A stretch of 63,605 nt of DNA, the filler included, from Stramenopiles sp. TOSAG23-6 (Eukaryota): NCBI GenBank assembly GCA_900128565.1. It is 11 parts of 11 records of this genome, joined end to end, with 100 filler letters (N's around TTAATTAATTAA, not from the genome) between each part and the next. Parts side by side here need not be neighbours in the genome. Positions count along the whole stretch, not along the records: positions 22,644 to 30,064 come from LT636565.1; positions 30,165 to 37,577 come from LT636566.1; 9 more parts are not named here. One strand, given 5' to 3'. Shown piece after piece: positions 22,697-34,742 of the stretch. Position numbers and translations under genes: made by a program. Every line of letters starts with the position of its first letter. Position 1 is the stretch's first letter. A model generated the notes under the pieces. That model was not told the DNA's origin. It was given only the letters and a program-made list of their open reading frames with translations, and did not search any database.

Positions 22697-23003
22697 TCAT
22701 CAAAGTGTTGCGGATACCATTACAGGATGTGAATTTGATATCAGGAAGACATTATTTGAAAATATTATCTTATGTGGTGGAAATACAATGTTTCCAAACA
22801 TGGAGGAAAGATTATCTCAGGAAATTTCCTGCTGTTCTCCTCCAAACTCGATTATTAATGTAGTTGCGCCACCAGAAAGAAAATATTCTGTTTGGATTGG
22901 TGGATCTATATTAACTTCACTTGCGACATTTTCATCAATGTGGATAACAAAAGAAGAGTTTGAGGAATATGGCGCAACTTTAGTTCATAAGAAATGTTTC
23001 TAA
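22697..23003 (+). CDS. Actin / actin-related protein, terminal exon
   Basis: APPERKYSVWIGGSIL...VHKKCF; preceded by a family intron ending AAAATACAT. Confidence 0.85.
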
Positions 23004-23185
23004 ATATAGAAATGAATGAAAATGTTGGATGACTTTAGTCTACGCTTTGAAAATATTATATTGTAAAACAATACTGTTGGGTAAGAAATCTTATTTTTAT
23101 TTTTGAATATAAAGTAAATCATACTATACGATTTGTTTTTGAATGATTGTAAAGATATTTTTCTTAAAGATAATTATTTAAATCC

Positions 23186-26100
23186 TCACCATACTCCATG
23201 ATGTGCCAACATTGCAGCAATGTCAATGGTATCATATATTGGTGATATCATCCATGACATTGTCGTTGGTTTCTCTTCAAATTGTGAGCAACATTCTTTG
23301 AATGTTACTTTTGAATCAGCATTAGGGAACAAAATATCTAAAACACAGAAGTGTTTTCTTTGTTTCATATCCATCTTAGAACCAGGACCACGATATTTAT
23401 GTGTTTGAATTATATGTCGAAGGATCTCCTTTGACACACTTTGGTCTTTCCATTGTATATAATGACCTCGCATTTCAAGGCCAAATAATAAGAATGCACG
23501 AAATAAGCCTCGAGATCTTCGAGGATTTGGACTATTTACATTTGCTACACTTTTGGACTTTGGTGAAGAACAGAACTGAAGTAGCAGGTCCCGGTATTCT
23601 ACTGTATCTTCACCAGAAACAGAAAATAATGAAAAGTATACTTTCTTAATTTCTATTGCAACTGTTTTACTTGTTTCGTTTTCAAACCAAAATGTAGTAT
23701 CCATAAATTGACGCTTGGAGATTTTTGTATCACGATTTTCTGTTGCCTTTGCTTGAAATTCAGACTTCAACGATAGGAGAACGTCAACAGATGCTTCAGA
23801 AGGTAAAATTCCTGTTGAAATTAGTGTTGAATGTATAAACTGTCGCCAACTAATGGTACCAGTGTCTTCAGGGTCTAAAAGACGAATGAGATCTGCTGAT
23901 GCAGCATCTGACACTTCAGGTAATAGATTTGCCAAAACGTTTTTAAATCTTTTATGAGGGAGGATACCCATTAACCCAGAAGATTTACTATAATTGGATG
24001 ACTCAATACAAAAAGCATTCGTTAGGTGTAAAATTCGTGTTACTGTTAATACTGCATCACTTGAATGTTTACTTGAAGCCATTACGGATTTTAAATGGTT
24101 GTATACCATTTCAGAAGCTTTACCATTATCTACTGCTGAGTGTATTGTTTCCAAAACTTCGCGAACACGATCATCCTCCCTCTTTACGAAAACTCCTATT
24201 TGTTTATCCATTTGCCGCTGTCGTAATTTCCATTGATTATCAATATCTTTTATTATACTTGCACAAACACGTGCCACGCGCAGAAGGAAACTTAAGCATG
24301 CTTCATTCTCTGATGCGAGAGTGCATTGCAAAACACTAAAAGATGATGATGTATTCTTAACCATATCTTGACTATCAACTGACAAAACCTGTAACGCATA
24401 CCTTTTCACTATTCTACAAAAATCACGTTGTTCGTTCAAATAATGTAATAGTTTGGCTTCATCCGGAGATACTGCTCCTAAAGAATCTACTGCGTATCTA
24501 AAATTAGACATTGTTTTATCATGTATTTTGATAATATTGCAATAAGGTTCAGGACTCAAACGAGAGTTGTTTTTATCACTACTTTCAATTTCTGTGCAAT
24601 ACTTAATTGCGACATTTCTACTTTCATCCCATACGGCCATTCGACTACTAACAAGTCGTTCCAAACGTGCAGCTATTGCACTGCCTACAGATATTTCCCA
24701 ACCATCATGCTCTAAACGATTGAGCTCCTGCTCTGCCTCTATTTGTCTACGATGCACTGCGTCCCATATGTCTTCCATTATCTCCTCTAAACGAGATTTG
24801 ACACCATTTAGCACATCACTGGGTAATTCTCCAGATGAAGTAATCAATTTTGCTGCATCCATAATTCTTTCATATGCATCTGCGACATCACCATGGCTCC
24901 ATGTTTCGTGCCAGACAAAACGCAAGAAGGTACGGAAAGCTTGGGTCATGTGCATATTGGATTCTTCCAGCTGTTGTCGAATACCTCGTAATACACGTGC
25001 AGCTACAGTCTCAAAATTATCGTGAACTCGTTCTATTTGTTTTATTAGTTTTGCACTGGTAACTTCTCGTTGCTCACGTGTTGCAAAGATACGCAATAGA
25101 GAAGCGCGATACACTGTTCTACTTGTATAACACTCATCCTGGGAAACATCTTTCCCCATCTGTGAATCGGTTGTGATTTCTGCTGCACCTAGCATAGCTA
25201 TCATTGCTATTTGATGTGCAGCTAATATATCTTCTTCATCGCCAACTTCATCGGATTTCTTTAATATATTTTCCGGTAAAAATGTTGTACATTTATTCAC
25301 ACTAATCCATTCACTTACAGCACTTTCGAAATCATCCCATTGTGAACTTCGAACTGCAACTGGGTATGGAATAAATTTATCTTCTTTGTCTGTAGAGAGC
25401 ATGTCAATAATGTTTTCGCGAAGAACATATTCTGGAAATATATTGGGTGCTGTTTGTAATGCAGCTGGTGCATCATTTCCTTCTACATCTTCTAAATTGT
25501 CTTCACTTTTTTCATCAACAATATTATTATTATCATCCTTAGTTGGTATTTCTACGTCTTCACTCACATTTTTATTTGGTAATTCTTCTTTTGTATCCTT
25601 AGCTTCTTCTTCAATAGTATCCTCAGTTGGCGATTTTTCAATAGTATCAGTTGTTTCAGTGATAGAAGTTTCTGTGTTAATATCATCAGTATCGGGAGTT
25701 GTATCCAAACATAATACTGTTGAACCCATCATACGCCCGCCATTTGAATTAAACAAGACAGCTCGCTGCGATAATATATGTAATTTGAGTTGAGTTTCGT
25801 CTATATTTGATTTAGATTGTGAAGGTAGTCTAAAACACATTAATATTGGATGTGCAGCGGTCAAGCTATTCAAACTTTCATTATTTTCAAAGTCTGTAAT
25901 AACATCAGTGTCTATGCTTGGGTTGGTTACACTTTCACCATTTTCATTTGGAGTTGTATCATTTTCATTTGGAGTTTCGTCATTTGCTTTTGAAGTTTCG
26001 TCATTTTCATTTGGAGTTTCGTTATTTTCATTTGAAGTTTCGTTATTTTCATTTGAAGTTTCGTCATTTTCCTTTGAGACAGCAGTCTGTTTCGATATAT

Positions 26101-28653
26101 ACTTTTTAAGTTGCCGAGGCATTAACCATCGTCCCGTCTCATACATGTTCAACAGAGTTTCCATATCCCATCCTTTTGGTATATGTTTTCTCCATAAAGG
26201 TCCATGTGTGATATAATCCAGAACAAGAAGTTGCTCAGCTGTTTTTGGTAGTCCATCGAGAACAAAACCCAAAGGAAATTCTGGAACTTTCCCTGATAGA
26301 TCTTCACATTTCTTTTCACTTTTGGTTGAAATATCGTTGGCTATAGTAATAGCGAGCATGATTTTTTGAGCAGCAGCTTTTGCAATTAATATATTAGCAT
26401 AGATTGAATTATTTTGTTCTGTTATGGGATTCTCTTGTGAAGGATCTTGTGCCAACTCGTAAATTTTATGCAATAACATAGAATACTCTTCTTGAGGAGA
26501 TGGAACTGGAATAGACGGGGGTGTCTCTTCAATTAACCAAAGACCTCGATCAAATGGTTTTAGGCTTTCCCATGCAGATCTTTTTTTATGCCATTCATTT
26601 GCTTGTGTTTCGGTCGTCTTGCAAATTTCATCCCACTTAGTTTGCCAGGTGGAATATGTCGATTCATTAGCCTGAGCTTCTTTAACAATATCTTCTGGTG
26701 TTATTATAGCTAATCTGTGTTTAAGCGCAAGTGTATTTGCAAGTGTTGTTTTTCCACTGAGAGGAGGACCTACGAGTGAAATAACACATGGAGATCTTGG
26801 TGTCTGGAGCATTTTGTTTGTAAGAGGCCAACTGCAGCGCAATGCCCCTTCAAGTTCTCGAAAGACTTTACTTACATTTGGTAGTTCCGAGTTTTCACGA
26901 TCCGTGGTGCTTTCTTTTAGAGCCCATTTTCCATGACAATCAAGTAATTCTTGGACGTCTACATCATCAGAAGCATTTGCAACCATGTCTGTTGTACCTT
27001 TTTCGAGTAAAGGTGCTCCAAGATCATCCAACTGTAATGGTCGATCAGCAACAAAATCGGCTTTATATTCACGCCAGAAGGAAGGTGGCATTTTCTCTCG
27101 ATTATTATTTTCTCGATAATCAACCACCTTGAGTGCGAGATCAGTTAATGTACCCACAATAGCTGTACAAATATCATTATGTTGCTCGTGTCTCTGTTTA
27201 AGTCTTAAACGGTCAATTTCCGCCACTCGCTCAAAATTAGCTATTCGACGTGGTTCATCATCCACTCGCTTCTTCTCATATAATATAGAATCTTTTCCCA
27301 TTTGTATTTGAAATTCATCAAGTCTATTATTTCGACATTCTTCAGCGTGCTGCTTTGCTCTTTCTATAGATTTTGCTTTGATTCGACTATACGCCCAACG
27401 TTGTTGTGATTCCTCGCGTTCTGCTTTCGCTTCACGTGCAATACGAAGCAAGCGATCATGTATTTTGGAAAAATATTTCAAAAAAAATATAGTTAGGTAC
27501 AAAATTCCGTACGAAAAAAAAATCGAATTTGAAAAAAAGTAAAACATACACTACTCATTCGTTTTTCTTCCGCCAGTTTCTGTTCAACGAGTTGCTCCGC
27601 TTGTACACGTCTCTGTCGCGTCTGTTTCTCTCTTCGAGACACTTCATCAATTTGTCGTGATTGATGCAAAGCTTCTATATATTTTGAAGAGTGTTTTGCA
27701 AATTTCGCAGTTGATGATTTTGTCATTGACTCTAAACGTTTCATATGTTCTAGGGGAGTTCCTTGATTCGTTTTTGCAAGAGTATTCAAATCTTTGATCC
27801 CCTCGGTTGAATTACCTCTAAATCCAAGTCGTTTTAATTGTTTCTCGAAATTATCAACACCCATTTTGAGTTCTTGTTCACAGTGATGGCGTTTAATTAT
27901 GTCTTTACGTCGAGATTTTTCAACCATACTAAGTTCAAAACGAAGTTCTTTCCGTTCACGATTTCGTTTTATTATTTGAGTTTCTTTCCACCGTTTTTGG
28001 GCATTTTCTTCAAATTCTTTTTTTTCTTTACGATGAAGTAAATTACGTTTGATACGCTCTTTTTTCTTTTGTATAATAATTTCAGCCTCTTTTTCACGAA
28101 TTAACTTGTCCTCTGCGTCTATTTCATTCTGACGGTTTCGTTCAGTATCAAAAAATTGTTTGACATGAACTTTTTCTCTCATTTGTTTCTTATTCAAATG
28201 ATATGTAGTTGAGTAAAATCTTTCATCGTCTGTCATTGGAACAGTTTTTGGTTTCTCCTCCTCATTATTTTCAATCTTTTGTGACGACTTCAAATCTTTG
28301 ACGTTTTCGTTCACACCAATCATCCGTCTCAAAAGGCCATCCGATTGTATTTTGATTTCTGCTAATAACTTTGCAGCACAACCTCGTTTTTGAATCATTA
28401 TACTCTGTCGTTTCTTCTGAGATAGATTTATTGCAAGATTTTTAAAGCCAAGCTCACAAACTTTAAAATTATTTATCTTTGCCCCAGCTGTGTTTTTTCG
28501 AATGAGTTTACTCAAGGTAATAGTTTGACCTAACTTTTGAAGTAGTTCACCAAACAAATATCCATTTGCAAACTGCTCATCTATATCTGTTGCAACTATT
28601 CTAACAGAAAGCTGAATGTCTTTATTCAGCCATTTAGTCAATAGGTCAGACAT
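23186..28653 (-). CDS. SPEF2: SPEF2/CPC1-like flagellar central-pair protein, 2 exons
   Basis: N-terminal CH-like FANGYLFGELL...KINNF, coiled coil, adenylate-kinase-like GPPLSGKT...GFVLDGLP, C-terminal EF-hand-like region. Confidence 0.75.
27458..27549 (-). other. GT-AT intron, motif family
   Basis: AGT|GTATGTTTT...AAAATACAT|GAT; joins 386-aa and 1453-aa ORFs in phase 0. Confidence 0.85.
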
Positions 28654-29012
28654 GCTTTCTTATTTAGAAACGTGCTTTTTGTGCTTTTGTTCAATGATGA
28701 AGTGAATCTTTTAAGGTGACTTATGAATGAAACGGTTACATAAAATGACATAAAAATGGTACAACTTTTCGTATACAAATTAAATTAGAAATTCAAAAAT
28801 TGACTGTCACTCATTTGAAGAATGTTCTTGTTTGCTACTTTCGAGTGGTGGCCTATTATACACTAACACTACTTTAATTCTAGTGGAAGACGAAAAGTCA
28901 TCACACTTATATTACAATTCTTCCTACATTGACACGAAGGTTCATCATTGTGCAGGTCTCTCTTTACAGTGCTTTCTTCTGATTATATTATTTAGTTTTA
29001 ATTTTAGGTCCA

Positions 29013-29663
29013 ATGATTCGCTCTATTATTGGTATGGGTGGGACAATTCATTGTGTTCTGACTGGTGCAAGTTTAGCTAATCCGTTCCTCGAAAGACAGG
29101 AACAAGTGCATTTAAATCATTCAGGACACTCTGATGATTTACTGTCTTATATTTCACAGAGAAGTTTTGCGACGCGGCACAAAGTAGAAGTAGCTAGGCA
29201 GATTTTAAGTATGTATCGCTGCGAACCGGGTGCAACTGACAACGTTAGAAAATATTATGCCGAGGATGCTGTGTTCGAGGATGCTGCTTGTAAAGTTGTC
29301 GGATCTACAGAAATCACTTCAAGCTTCAAGCATTTAAATAAATTAAAACCAAAACAATTAAGTCATATCGAAGAGTATGGAGAGGGACGAGTTCGTATTC
29401 ATTTAGTACAGCAGTATACTATTGGATGGGGTATGTTCACGAAAACTGGAATATTACCCTCTTTAGTGACATTGGAGTTCACCCCAGGGGGNNNNNNNNN
29501 NNNNNNNNNNNNNNNNNNNNNNNNCAGCGTCATGAAGAGCTATGGTATAATCACAGACTATTGGCTGTGTGTTCACCATCACGTTGGATTAATGGTAAAA
29601 TATTATCATTTTTTAGTACCCCTTACAGAGACGAAAATGAATAAAATATCACTGGTAAAATAG
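29013..29663 (+). CDS. NTF2/SnoaL-like domain protein (contains an N gap)
   Basis: YYAEDAVFEDA..V.G..EI pattern. Confidence 0.55.
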   Translation: MIRSIIGMGGTIHCVLTGASLANPFLERQEQVHLNHSGHSDDLLSYISQRSFATRHKVEVARQILSMYRCEPGATDNVRKYYAEDAVFEDAACKVVGSTEITSSFKHLNKLKPKQLSHIEEYGEGRVRIHLVQQYTIGWGMFTKTGILPSLVTLEFTPGXXXXXXXXXXXXSVMKSYGIITDYWLCVHHHVGLMVKYYHFLVPLTETKMNKISLVK

Positions 29664-29865
29664 TATTCTAACATTAGAGTCAACTTTGTTCTGTTAATAA
29701 AAACAAAAATACGTCCAATAAAGTCGGAACTTTTTCCTATGTAAATAATGTAGTACCGATTAGATGTTTTAGCAATCTTTGATATATTCGTGATATATTC
29801 GTACATAATAAATACAAACCTTTCCACAATATTGAATAATGAAAATATTTTATTAGAGTTGTAAT

Positions 29866-30004
29866 TTAAGCACGTTTTGTCTCACTATTATCTTGACTCT
29901 TTTTTGAACTTGGGTTTGTAGTATCACTACTCTCATTCATTTCAACAGGACTGCTATTAGTTGAAACATTAGAGCCAGGAGTTCGAACTGTATTACCCCA
30001 AATC
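29866..30004 (-). CDS. Terminal exon of an unknown gene
   Basis: Open frame to TAA after a family intron ending CAATCCAT. Confidence 0.45.
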
Positions 30005-30241
30005 ATGGATTGTGAAAAAATATTTTAGAAAAAAAATCGTTAGGTACAAAATTTCGTACGAAAANNNNNNNNNNNNNNNNNNNNNNNNNNNNNNNNNNNN
30101 NNNNNNNNTTAATTAATTAANNNNNNNNNNNNNNNNNNNNNNNNNNNNNNNNNNNNNNNNNNNNTTTGTACGTAACGATTTTTTTATCTAACATTTTTTT
30201 TACACTAAAAAAAAGTTATATACTTTTCACATTATATACAT

Positions 30242-30319
30242 GTTCCTAGTCCAAATTTTGTCATGTTTGCGGATTCTCAGAGTAAACGTTCTCCTTGGCT
30301 TTTGAATGGTGAAGAATGA
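30242..30319 (+). CDS. Terminal exon of an unknown gene
   Basis: VPSPNFVMFADSQSKRSPWLLNGEE* after an intron-like tract ending TACAT. Confidence 0.4.
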   Translation, partial: VPSPNFVMFADSQSKRSPWLLNGEE

Positions 30320-30515
30320 ACTATAATAAAAAAAAAAGGAGCTATATTTCAAATTTACATTTGTTTTTTCAACGAACTGAGCAAAAAATGAGAAATGTTT
30401 CAAATTTGCAAGGAAAGTTATTGATATCAGTACAAGTTGGTTTCAAAATAATTTCTTTATTTTTCTACAAAAAAAAAATCTAATAAATTTGATACATTTA
30501 ATCATAAGTAAATAT

Positions 30516-31434
30516 TTAAGAATCAGATCGATTTCTTCTTCTTCTTCGGGAAGTATTTTTTCTCTGATTTGAATTTTGATTTGAATACTCCTTAGCTTCA
30601 TCATTTGAATGTATTCCAACACTTGGTTCATCATTTGAATGTTCATTTGAATGTACTCGACTTCCATTCTCATTGCGACTCACTTCAGGCACAGTATCAT
30701 TAAACTTTAATTCCTTTTGTTTTCCTATTTCATATTTTTTAATGGTTGGAGGGAAATTTGTCTTTCCTCTACCTGCAGCAATTTCTTCTTTCAAATACAA
30801 ATTTCTCTGTTGCTCCTCTTTTGCTAATTCAGAGGTCAATTCTTGGAATAATTCGTCAAAATTCCAAACAACATCTTCCTCCTGTATTTTGGAAAAATAT
30901 TTCAAAAAAAATCGTTAGGTATAAAATTTCGTAAAAAAAAAAACATAAATTTGAAATTAAAAAAATAAAACATACCTTTATCCTTGTCTGAGGAATGAGT
31001 ACACTGGTTAAGAGACTTATATCCACTCCTGAATTTCCTGTAGGGAGAGAATATCTAATATCTTGATCTAATTCTTTCATACTTTGAATGCGAAGTGAAC
31101 GTATTTTAGGTGCTTCCGCAATAGTTGTAAGCTCAGCTTCCTCTTCCTCCTCTTCTAACACGGGAATAACCAAAATGTTATCATCTGAATCCGACCCACC
31201 TTGCCCAAAATGTTTATCGTTGCTGCTTCGACCTCGTTGACGTGCACCTCGTTTATTCTTTTTTGAAGCACTCTTTGCTACTGCGAGTGGGGACCTTTTT
31301 GAATCTTCACCCCAACCTGATTTCCGAGGTTCATTATTATCTTTTGAGTCAAAAGGAGTATCTGAATTTGAGCTCGTGCTTGGTGATGGTGATCTTCTTC
31401 GACGTCTACGCCTTGGTTTCTCACGCTCAGGCAT
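30516..31434 (-). CDS. IFT43: Intraflagellar transport protein 43, 2 exons
   Basis: SGWG, IPVLEE, ELDQD, VDISLLT...EEDVVWNFDELFQELTSE. Confidence 0.85.
30882..30975 (-). other. Motif-family intron with canonical GT-AG ends
   Basis: AAG|GTATGTTTT...TACCTAAC...AAAATACAG|GAG. Confidence 0.9.
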
Positions 31435-31685
31435 ATTAATAGAGATTTATACTATAATGTTATAATGTAGAGTACCTTGGTACCAGTGTAGTAGAAGATA
31501 ATATGTGAAAAGATGTGTTGATACGTTCTAAAAACTCAACGGTTATCTGTCTCTGTTATGAAACCGAAAAGCAGGTTTGTCAGATGAGTTTTGAATTAAA
31601 TTTGGTTTTGGTTCCTCTCTCTCTCTTTCCTCAAGTTTTTTACTTCATCTTTATCATCAATTTCCTATAACTCCTATTGAAGACG

Positions 31686-32484
31686 ATGTTTTTACGTTCG
31701 CTGGTAATGATAGTAATGGCTATAAGCTACGGAAGTTTTCTTATTATTCCTCAGGCTTCTGGTTTGAGCTTGGATGCACAAGTTACACAACAGTTAGAGT
31801 GTGATATGTGTACCCGAGTCACACAAATAGTAGAAGGAACACTAATGAAAAACGCAACTGCAACAGAAACGTTTCAGAGAGTGGCTCAAGCTCTCTGCAT
31901 CCATCTTCCAGAAAATATTATTCCAATATGTCGCCAAGGTGCTCATCTTCTTACTACTCCTGTTTTTAAATGTATGGTTCAAGCTGTGGAATTTGGTTCA
32001 ATTTGTAACGACTCTTCCATCAAATTGTGCTTCGCGGAGCGACCATCGACGCAAGATCCTAGCCTTAAATGTTCATCGATGCAACCATCTGTACTTTCTT
32101 GTGCGGCATGCGAATTTGCAATATCCTCTTTACAACAGTATGTAGCAAGCGCCACGGATATTATAGCAAAGGGCGCAAGAACAGATGTACTTTTCAAAAT
32201 TGAATTAGTATTTTTTTTCGAACCAAAATTTGTACCTAACAAAAAATTTGAAAGTAAAATATTTTTTCACAATACATATCTGTGGCTTTCACTTTAAAGG
32301 AGAAATGGCCCAGAAAAAGTGTAAAGTACTCATGGACACTTATGGCGCTACAATGCTAAAAGTGGCCGCATCACGAATAAGTGCAAAGTCATTTTGTTGT
32401 GAACTTGGTCTATGTAATACGGGATTAGAAGATGATGGTAAGATTGTTACTAATAAGGGTTACACTAGCCCTATTCCAATGTAG
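31686..32484 (+). CDS. Secreted protein with two saposin-B-like domains, 2 exons
   Basis: Signal peptide; CDMC...C...C...IC..LC and CAAC...IC...C...FCCELGLC. Confidence 0.8.
32187..32277 (+). other. GT-AT intron, motif family
   Basis: GAT|GTACTTTT...TGTACCTAAC...CAATACAT|ATCTGT; restores saposin Cys spacing. Confidence 0.85.
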
Positions 32485-32923
32485 CACTATAATCACTGAG
32501 ATAAAAAGCAATATTTATATAAAAATTGAGATAAAAGTATAACACAACGAGTTTCATCTAACCCTAACCCAACCCTAAAGTGCTGCATTGGAAACTTGAT
32601 AAAAAATAAATTTGCGACAAAAAAAAAATCCTTTTTTATTTCTTGATAAAAGGTCAATACCCCAGAAAAAAGTACTGTAAATGATACTATCGTAAATGAT
32701 AGTACCGTATAACAATCAGTATAGAGGGATTTGATTACAGATGTTTTACTTCATCCGAATTTCAGGTTTACGGAAAATTGTTAGATTTCGTGTTGTGTCG
32801 ACCGCGTTTTTACCGTTTCATTCTATACTATATGTCTACTAGTACTATCTTCTCTTTTGACCAGAGTACACTTTTACTTCACCACTACAAAAGACTGAGA
32901 ATTGTCAACAAGTGCCTGCTAAT

Positions 32924-34532
32924 ATGGTCAGACCCAATGCAACAAGACGAGGTCGTGGGAATTACACTGCTCGTTCCCAGTATGATTCTGCTGATGGTAG
33001 AAAGAGAGCAATGAATAAATATTTTCAGCAGCAGGTTACCGACAAATTGAATAAACGTTTGGTACTACAGTATCGTGTCCCGCAAAGAAAGGCACTCAAA
33101 CTAGCACAGAATTATGTAAGTAATCTTTCAGATAAAGAATTGCACAATGCGCACAAAAATGGTGTAAATTTAAAAGAACTTATTGAAAACTCTAAAAAGA
33201 AGAAAGAACTGGCTAATAAAGAGGCTCTTGATCAGCAAATGCGACAGCAAGCGGAACAGCAAGCCGAACAGAATCGTCGCACTCCTACTCCAAAGTTAAA
33301 CTCTAGTGGTGATGATAGAACCAACCGTGCAAAGGAAAAAATGACATTTGGTGGAGCTCGAATTGGTGGGAAAGCGCCTACGGGTAAAAATGTATGGACA
33401 GCAATTGCTGAATACAACGTCAAAGTTGCTGCAGAAAAAACGAAAGCGGAGAGATTGGAGGTTGTAAAAGGTCAAAAAAAATTTAATCAAATTTTGGCAC
33501 AACAAGTCACTGCAAAACGACGCATAAAGGAACGAGAAAAACGCCAGCGTATTCGTTCTCGTAAGCTTGTGGATGATGATTACATTACTCACGAAAAGAC
33601 CGAGAGAGCAAAAAAGGAAGTTCTTATTCAGAGAGCAATGGAGGAAAAAAAAAAAGCGTGATGCCCAAATGGTTGCAAAACGTCAACGAGAGAAGGAGTG
33701 GATTGAAGAGGAGGAAGAATATGGTAAAGAATTCATTTCGAAATGTCTTCGCGAATTACAAGAGGAAAAGGATCGCATGCAGGCTGAAAAGGAACGTAAG
33801 GCACTCAAGAATGTTGAACAAAGAAGGGAACTTGATCAGCAATTAAAAGATCGCATTAGGCAAAAAGAAATTCTCGCCGAAGAAGATCGCAAACTTGCCG
33901 CTGACTATGTCAAAATGGTAAATGCTAAGGAGGAGGCTCGACGAGAAGAATATCGTCAACGTAAGGCGCGTATTCAAGCAAAATGTGATGCAATGGGAGA
34001 TGTTTATGATAACGTAGCCGCACAAGAAGCTCAAGAAGCTGCAAGTACACAATCTTCTTATGAGAAACACTTAAAAGCACGAGCAGCTGATTTACAGGCT
34101 CGTAAAGATCGAGCTAAACAACGAACTGTTGAACAAATGGATTGGTTAGATAAAATGATCCGAGAAAAAAATGAAAAGAAATTACAATTATACCAAGAAG
34201 ATATGAGAATGGCTCGAAAAATGCAAATGGATGCTAATGCTTTTTCGGAAGAACAAAGACAAGAAAAAGTCCAATATAAAAAGTTACAGCGAGAATTTAA
34301 AAACACATTGGATGAACAAATGGCATACAAACGTGCACAACCCACACTTGATGATGATTCAGATGTTTTATTACTGAATAAATCTCTTTTGAAACAAGTC
34401 CAAAGCGCAGGAGTTGTAATGGGCGATACAATTGAAACGCTTCCAACAAACTGCTCTAGAGCAATAAAAATTCGTGGTGAAGGAAAAACACGCAGAGAAA
34501 AAAAAGCGGCGAATAAACTGCCCGTAATGTAA
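32924..34532 (+). CDS. Long coiled-coil protein (trichohyalin/TPH-like); one frameshift in an A-run near 33650
   Basis: Two charged coiled-coil ORFs that join at a homopolymer. Confidence 0.6.
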
Positions 34533-34742
34533 TAAAGTTTATTGACAAGCAGTAAATAATTATATTTACAAGTATTATGTACTATTTACTCTGAGAGTTA
34601 AGAAACTACAATAATTCAATAAAACTGTCTGAAAATAATTCAATAAAACTGTCTGAAAATAACGCTATTTATTCAAATCAAGTTTTGTATTTTATTACAA
34701 TAATTCAATAAAACTGTCTGAAAATAGCGCTATTTATTCAAA

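Noticed and set aside
33640-33662. Programmed frameshift in the coiled-coil gene
   Set aside because: Falls in a long A homopolymer; a one-base sequencing or assembly error is more likely
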